A stretch of 64,000 nt of DNA from Vairimorpha necatrix (taxonomy: Eukaryota). The notes under the pieces are model-generated. The model ran no database searches. It saw nothing but the letters and a program-made list of their open reading frames with translations, and was not told the DNA's origin. The stretch is from the NCBI GenBank assembly GCA_036630325.1, contig CP142735.1, positions 744,001 to 808,000 on the forward strand, written 5' to 3'. Of this stretch, positions 60,165 through 64,000 are shown piece after piece. Position numbers and translations under genes: made by a program. The first letter of the stretch is position 1; every line of letters begins with the position of its first letter.

Positions 60165-60610
60165 AGAGCGCCAAATTATTAATGTATAAGGTCTGATAGA
60201 TCTTTTCAGATTAGAATTAAGTTGATTCAATGAAACTTGTGTATGTCTGAAACAGTAAGAATTTTCACTAGTAGGAAAATGTTTCTTTAGAAGTTTGATG
60301 CCACTTTAGGGGTTGTAAAAAAGCCTATTTGGTGTATAAAAGTCTTGGCTAATGTCAAATGAGATTCCTCGCTTAATTATTCAACTAGAAGAACGAAATG
60401 GGGTATTTTAATGGGCCCAATCAAGTTCTAATTCAATACGTAAGTGAAAGGCGAGTGGTCGACAGAGCCATAAACTGCAATATGCAGTATAAAGAGGCGT
60501 GAAAGAGATTCAAATGATAGAAGAGCTCTCGTCGGTACAATAATATTCTCCTCGATTTATACAATTTTTGATAATAATATTCCTGTGGCCCCCTATTCTC
60601 TGAACCCAAT
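60165..60610 (+). mobile_element. Very old relative of the SINE-like repeat
   Basis: Colinear blocks attaagttgattcaatgaaacttgtgt, acgaaatggggta, gtggtcgacagagccataaa, gtacaataatattctcctcg. Confidence 0.55.
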
Positions 60611-60898
60611 TCATATGAATATGCGGATTTCCGCACTATAAATTAAATTTGATATATAAAAATATTAAAGTATAATTTGCATGTGGACACATTCCTGAGT
60701 TCTTTAAAACAAATTCTACTTATAAAAACTTTTAAGTAATTTTTTTCAAATCTGTTATGTCTCATCTGGCTTTTTGAAATATTTTGCACTTTTTTTTAAA
60801 TTATAAATTCTTCATTTTTAAATATAAATGTGCTTTTGTCATCTTAAATAAATCTCATAAAAGACAGTGTTTTACAAATTTATTCTCCCCTTCTGTAG

Positions 60899-61333
60899 AT
60901 GTGGCCTCTTGAAAAATATTATAAACCTGCTACTCCTGTCTCCTACTACAAAGAGAAAACATTCACAGGCTCAGACGACGAATATCTAAAACTTATGAAT
61001 GAATCAAGCACTGTCTATATAAATAATATCGACCCGTCTATAGACGAGTCGCGTATTTGGGAACTGGCTTTACTATTCGGAGATGTAAAAAGAGTTATAA
61101 TGGGAATAAACAGGAACTACTTGACTTTTTGTGGATTCTGTTTTGTAGAATTTTACAATAAAGAAGACGCTTTGAAATGTAAAATGTGGGCTGACAGGCT
61201 TAAATTTGAGAAAAAGTGTCTTAGTGTTGACAAAGATTATGGATTTAAAGAAGGACGTCAATATGGAAGAGGAGTGTTTGGAGGTAAAATGAAAGATGAT
61301 AATGCTAAAAAAAGAAGATATTACAATAATTAA
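60899..61333 (+). CDS. CBC2: Nuclear cap-binding protein subunit 2 (CBP20)
   Basis: RRM with VIMGIN..CGFCFVEF and DYGFKEGRQYGRG..GG. Confidence 0.95.
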   Translation: MWPLEKYYKPATPVSYYKEKTFTGSDDEYLKLMNESSTVYINNIDPSIDESRIWELALLFGDVKRVIMGINRNYLTFCGFCFVEFYNKEDALKCKMWADRLKFEKKCLSVDKDYGFKEGRQYGRGVFGGKMKDDNAKKRRYYNN

Positions 61334-61334
61334 T

Positions 61335-61460
61335 AAAAGAAGTATATTTAAAAGAAATATATTTAAAAAAATATATTTAAAAAAAAGAAGTATATTTAAA
61401 AGAAATATATTTGAAAGAAACATATTTAAAAGAAAAATATTTAAAAAAAACATTTTAAAA
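61335..61460. repeat. AT-rich ~15-bp tandem repeat between convergent genes
   Basis: Repeated aaaagaaatatattt-like units. Confidence 0.7.
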
Positions 61461-61549
61461 GTTTTTAATGCATATGCTAGTTATTATTACAAATAAAAAG
61501 CCAAATTTTTACATGTAATATAATGCATTAATTTAATAAATAATTGAAT

Positions 61550-63220
61550 TTATTCACTGTCGCTATCAAATACTTTTCTATTTTTTTGATCATTAGATTT
61601 TTTATTATCTCCGAATTTTTGTCTCTTATTCTCAAAATCTTTATTACTAGAACGATGTTTCTTATTGTCAAATGATCTCTCTTTCTTATTGTCAAATGAT
61701 CTCTCTTTCTTGTTGTCAAAAGATCTCTCCTTCTTGTTATCAAAAGATCTCTCTTTCTTGTTGTCATTATTCTTTCTTTTTCTCATATCAAAATTAGTAT
61801 TTCCATTTTGTTGCTCATCAGCATCTTTAACAAACAATGTCCTATCTTTAAACAACAACTTCTTATTCAAAATCTTCTTAAATGTCTCTTCATCTTCAAC
61901 AAACACAAAAGCAAATCCTTTAGTTCTATCATCTTCCATGGGAATATGACAGCCACTTATGTTACCATAAGATTCTAAGAAATCTAATAAATCTTGTTTA
62001 CTACATTTATACGGCAAATTATTCACTTTTAGAGTAAACTTCTTTTTTCTTTCTGTCTTATTAGCGATGTTAACAATAATTTTACGACCGAATAATTCTT
62101 GATCATTTAGTTTGAGACATTTCTTAGCATCAGATTCCTTGACAAATTCAATAAAGGCGAAGCCTTTATTTCTTTCTTTGTCATGTGTTGTAGGTATGGA
62201 AATTCTGACTGTCTTGCCTATTAAGGCGATTTCTTTCTTAAGCTCGTCTTCTGTAAGATTAAAAGGAATATTCTTCATGAAAACTACTCTTAATTCTTTG
62301 TCTTCTAAAGCTTCTTCGTCGACGCTAGAAGATTGTTGTTCTAATTCACTGGATGAGTCTTCTTCTTCCTTTTTTAATTTTTTTTTGTCGGCTATACTTG
62401 ACGAGTCTGTTCCTTCGCTTGAATCTTTTTTATTGGTTAAAATTTTTTCTTCGGGGTTTTTATCGTCTTTAACTTCACTCGACGAGTCAGAATCTTCACT
62501 TGAAGAATCTTGTTTTTTACTGGGCGTGACTGTATTTTTGCTTGCTGCATTTGTTTCTTCTTTTTTGACTGGTGTTTTCTTACTCTTTATACTTTCACTC
62601 GACGAGTCAGAATCTTCACTTGAAGAATCTTGTTTTTTACTGGGCGTGACTGTATTTTTGCTTGCTGCATTTGTTTCTTCTTTTTTGACTGGTGTTTTCT
62701 TACTCTTTATACTTTCACTCGACGAGTCAGAATCTTCACTTGAAGAATCTTGCTTTTTACTGGGCGTGGCTGTCTTTTTACTTGCTGCATTTATTTCTTC
62801 TTTTTTGACTGGTATTTTGTTCTCTACTTCTCTCTCACTTGATGAGTCAGAATCTTCACTTGATTCTTCTTTTTTGTTAGTTGATACTTTCTTGACTTCT
62901 TCACTAGATGAGTCAGATTCGTCACTTGAAGAGTCATCTTCTACTTTTTTACTAGAGTCAACTTTCTTGGTTTCTTCATCTGATGACACTTTTTTCTCTT
63001 GTTTTTTAGTAGGCACAACTTTCTTTGTCTCTTCGCTCGATGAATCACTATCTTCTTTCTTTATTTCTTTTTTACTAGTCACTTTCTTCTTATTATCTCC
63101 TTTTACTACTTTCTTCGGAGTTTCTTTTTCATCTTTCTTATTTTTTTTATTATCAACTTTTTTTACTGCTGATGCTCTAATACTTTCTTTTCTTTCAACT
63201 TTTTTTACTGGTTTCTTCAT
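61550..63220 (-). CDS. Nucleolin/Nsr1-like protein with two RRMs
   Basis: K-rich and S/D/E-rich N-terminus, RNP1 motifs KGFAFIEF and KGFAFVFV. Confidence 0.8.
   Translation of the reverse strand: MKKPVKKVERKESIRASAVKKVDNKKNKKDEKETPKKVVKGDNKKKVTSKKEIKKEDSDSSSEETKKVVPTKKQEKKVSSDEETKKVDSSKKVEDDSSSDESDSSSEEVKKVSTNKKEESSEDSDSSSEREVENKIPVKKEEINAASKKTATPSKKQDSSSEDSDSSSESIKSKKTPVKKEETNAASKNTVTPSKKQDSSSEDSDSSSESIKSKKTPVKKEETNAASKNTVTPSKKQDSSSEDSDSSSEVKDDKNPEEKILTNKKDSSEGTDSSSIADKKKLKKEEEDSSSELEQQSSSVDEEALEDKELRVVFMKNIPFNLTEDELKKEIALIGKTVRISIPTTHDKERNKGFAFIEFVKESDAKKCLKLNDQELFGRKIIVNIANKTERKKKFTLKVNNLPYKCSKQDLLDFLESYGNISGCHIPMEDDRTKGFAFVFVEDEETFKKILNKKLLFKDRTLFVKDADEQQNGNTNFDMRKRKNNDNKKERSFDNKKERSFDNKKERSFDNKKERSFDNKKHRSSNKDFENKRQKFGDNKKSNDQKNRKVFDSDSE
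62473..62863 (-). repeat. Coding tandem repeat, about 3 x 120 bp
   Basis: 120-bp periodicity; PVKKEE.NAASK...SSSEDSDSSSE. Confidence 0.9.
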
Positions 63221-63312
63221 TTTTTGATGGGTCTAAAAAAACCGTTATTTATTAAGAATATTAAAAACGGTATTAGAAAATAAAATTAACTTTAAAAAGT
63301 TTTAGTAAGATA

Positions 63313-63795
63313 ATGGACTTGAACTTTTTTGCCCTTATGAAAGAAAAGACAATTTTGAAAAAATCAAAAATTTCGAAAAATTTTGAAAATATAAATAATA
63401 ATGATATTTCTCAAGCCAAAACTAAAGGGAAAATATCAAACAAAAATTTACAATCAATGAGTACTGATATTTGTAAAATCAAACAGATTCACAAATCTCC
63501 TGTTCTTAATGACATTTTATCCAAAATTACTCATACCGTAGACACTTATAATAAACTTATGAATAATTATGAAGACGTGAGTATCGTGCTTATAAACAAT
63601 CTAGAGACTATAATTATGCATCATTTGGTCTTTTTCTGTCATTATCATAATATTAAAATATTTATTTGTCCAAATTTACGTGGGAAAATATTGGCTATAA
63701 AACAGACTGATCCGGTTATTAAAGAAATTAATGAGTTTTTAAATAATGAAGATAGATGTAAAATAGTGGACATTTATGAAAGTAATACAATATAA
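63313..63795 (+). CDS. Hypothetical protein, weakly L7Ae/Pop3-like; start may be 63337
   Basis: ORF divergent from the nucleolin-like gene. The IVLI..HLVFFC pattern is only suggestive. Confidence 0.55.
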   Translation: MDLNFFALMKEKTILKKSKISKNFENINNNDISQAKTKGKISNKNLQSMSTDICKIKQIHKSPVLNDILSKITHTVDTYNKLMNNYEDVSIVLINNLETIIMHHLVFFCHYHNIKIFICPNLRGKILAIKQTDPVIKEINEFLNNEDRCKIVDIYESNTI

Positions 63796-64000
63796 ATAGA
63801 AAAAAAAATATTTACAATTAAATAAATTTAATTTTGTTATAAGGCTTTTTTTATGTGTACAGAAATTTGAAACGTACACTACTTCAAAAGAAAATGAAAA
63901 ATTTTATTACACAAAATAATCGTGGTTCTATAATGATGTGAAAATTGTAGTCTTTTAGAATAATATAAAAAATTACACATACTAAATTTGACAGGTACTA

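Noticed and set aside
61073-61767. Small ORFs between CBP20 and the nucleolin-like gene
   Set aside because: Products of AT-rich and 24-bp tandem repeats.
61665-63227. Plus-strand ORFs of 94 and 371 aa
   Set aside because: Antisense shadows of the low-complexity nucleolin-like gene.

Overview
AT-rich eukaryotic DNA with compact, apparently intron-less genes and a CCC motif just upstream of most ATGs. This points to a microsporidian of the Nosema/Vairimorpha type (inference, no database search). Host genes are sparse: ABCG transporter, ribose-5-phosphate isomerase, Urm1, Cbp20, a nucleolin-like protein, a Noc4-like protein, C2H2 zinc fingers, several secreted or membrane orphans, tRNA-Gly(CCC) and tRNA-Ser(GCT). 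They sit among many mobile elements whose ends and target-site duplications (TSDs) can be read directly. These are two single-ORF Ty3/gypsy elements (49-bp and 160-bp LTRs), one intact and two truncated RLE-type non-LTR retrotransposons, a Buster-like hAT, a Tc1/IS630 element plus a deletion derivative, a Ginger-like integrase transposon and about eight Merlin/IS1595-type elements. A block of at least 5.2 kb is duplicated (1-5233 vs 46678-55957). The most notable signal not explained by the ORF track is a ~790-nt non-coding, hairpin-rich repeat with a tRNA-like head, an oligo-A tail and TSDs, i.e. a long SINE-like family. It occurs as three near-full-length and four old copies, and the RLE LINE is a plausible mobiliser. 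All alignments were made by eye.
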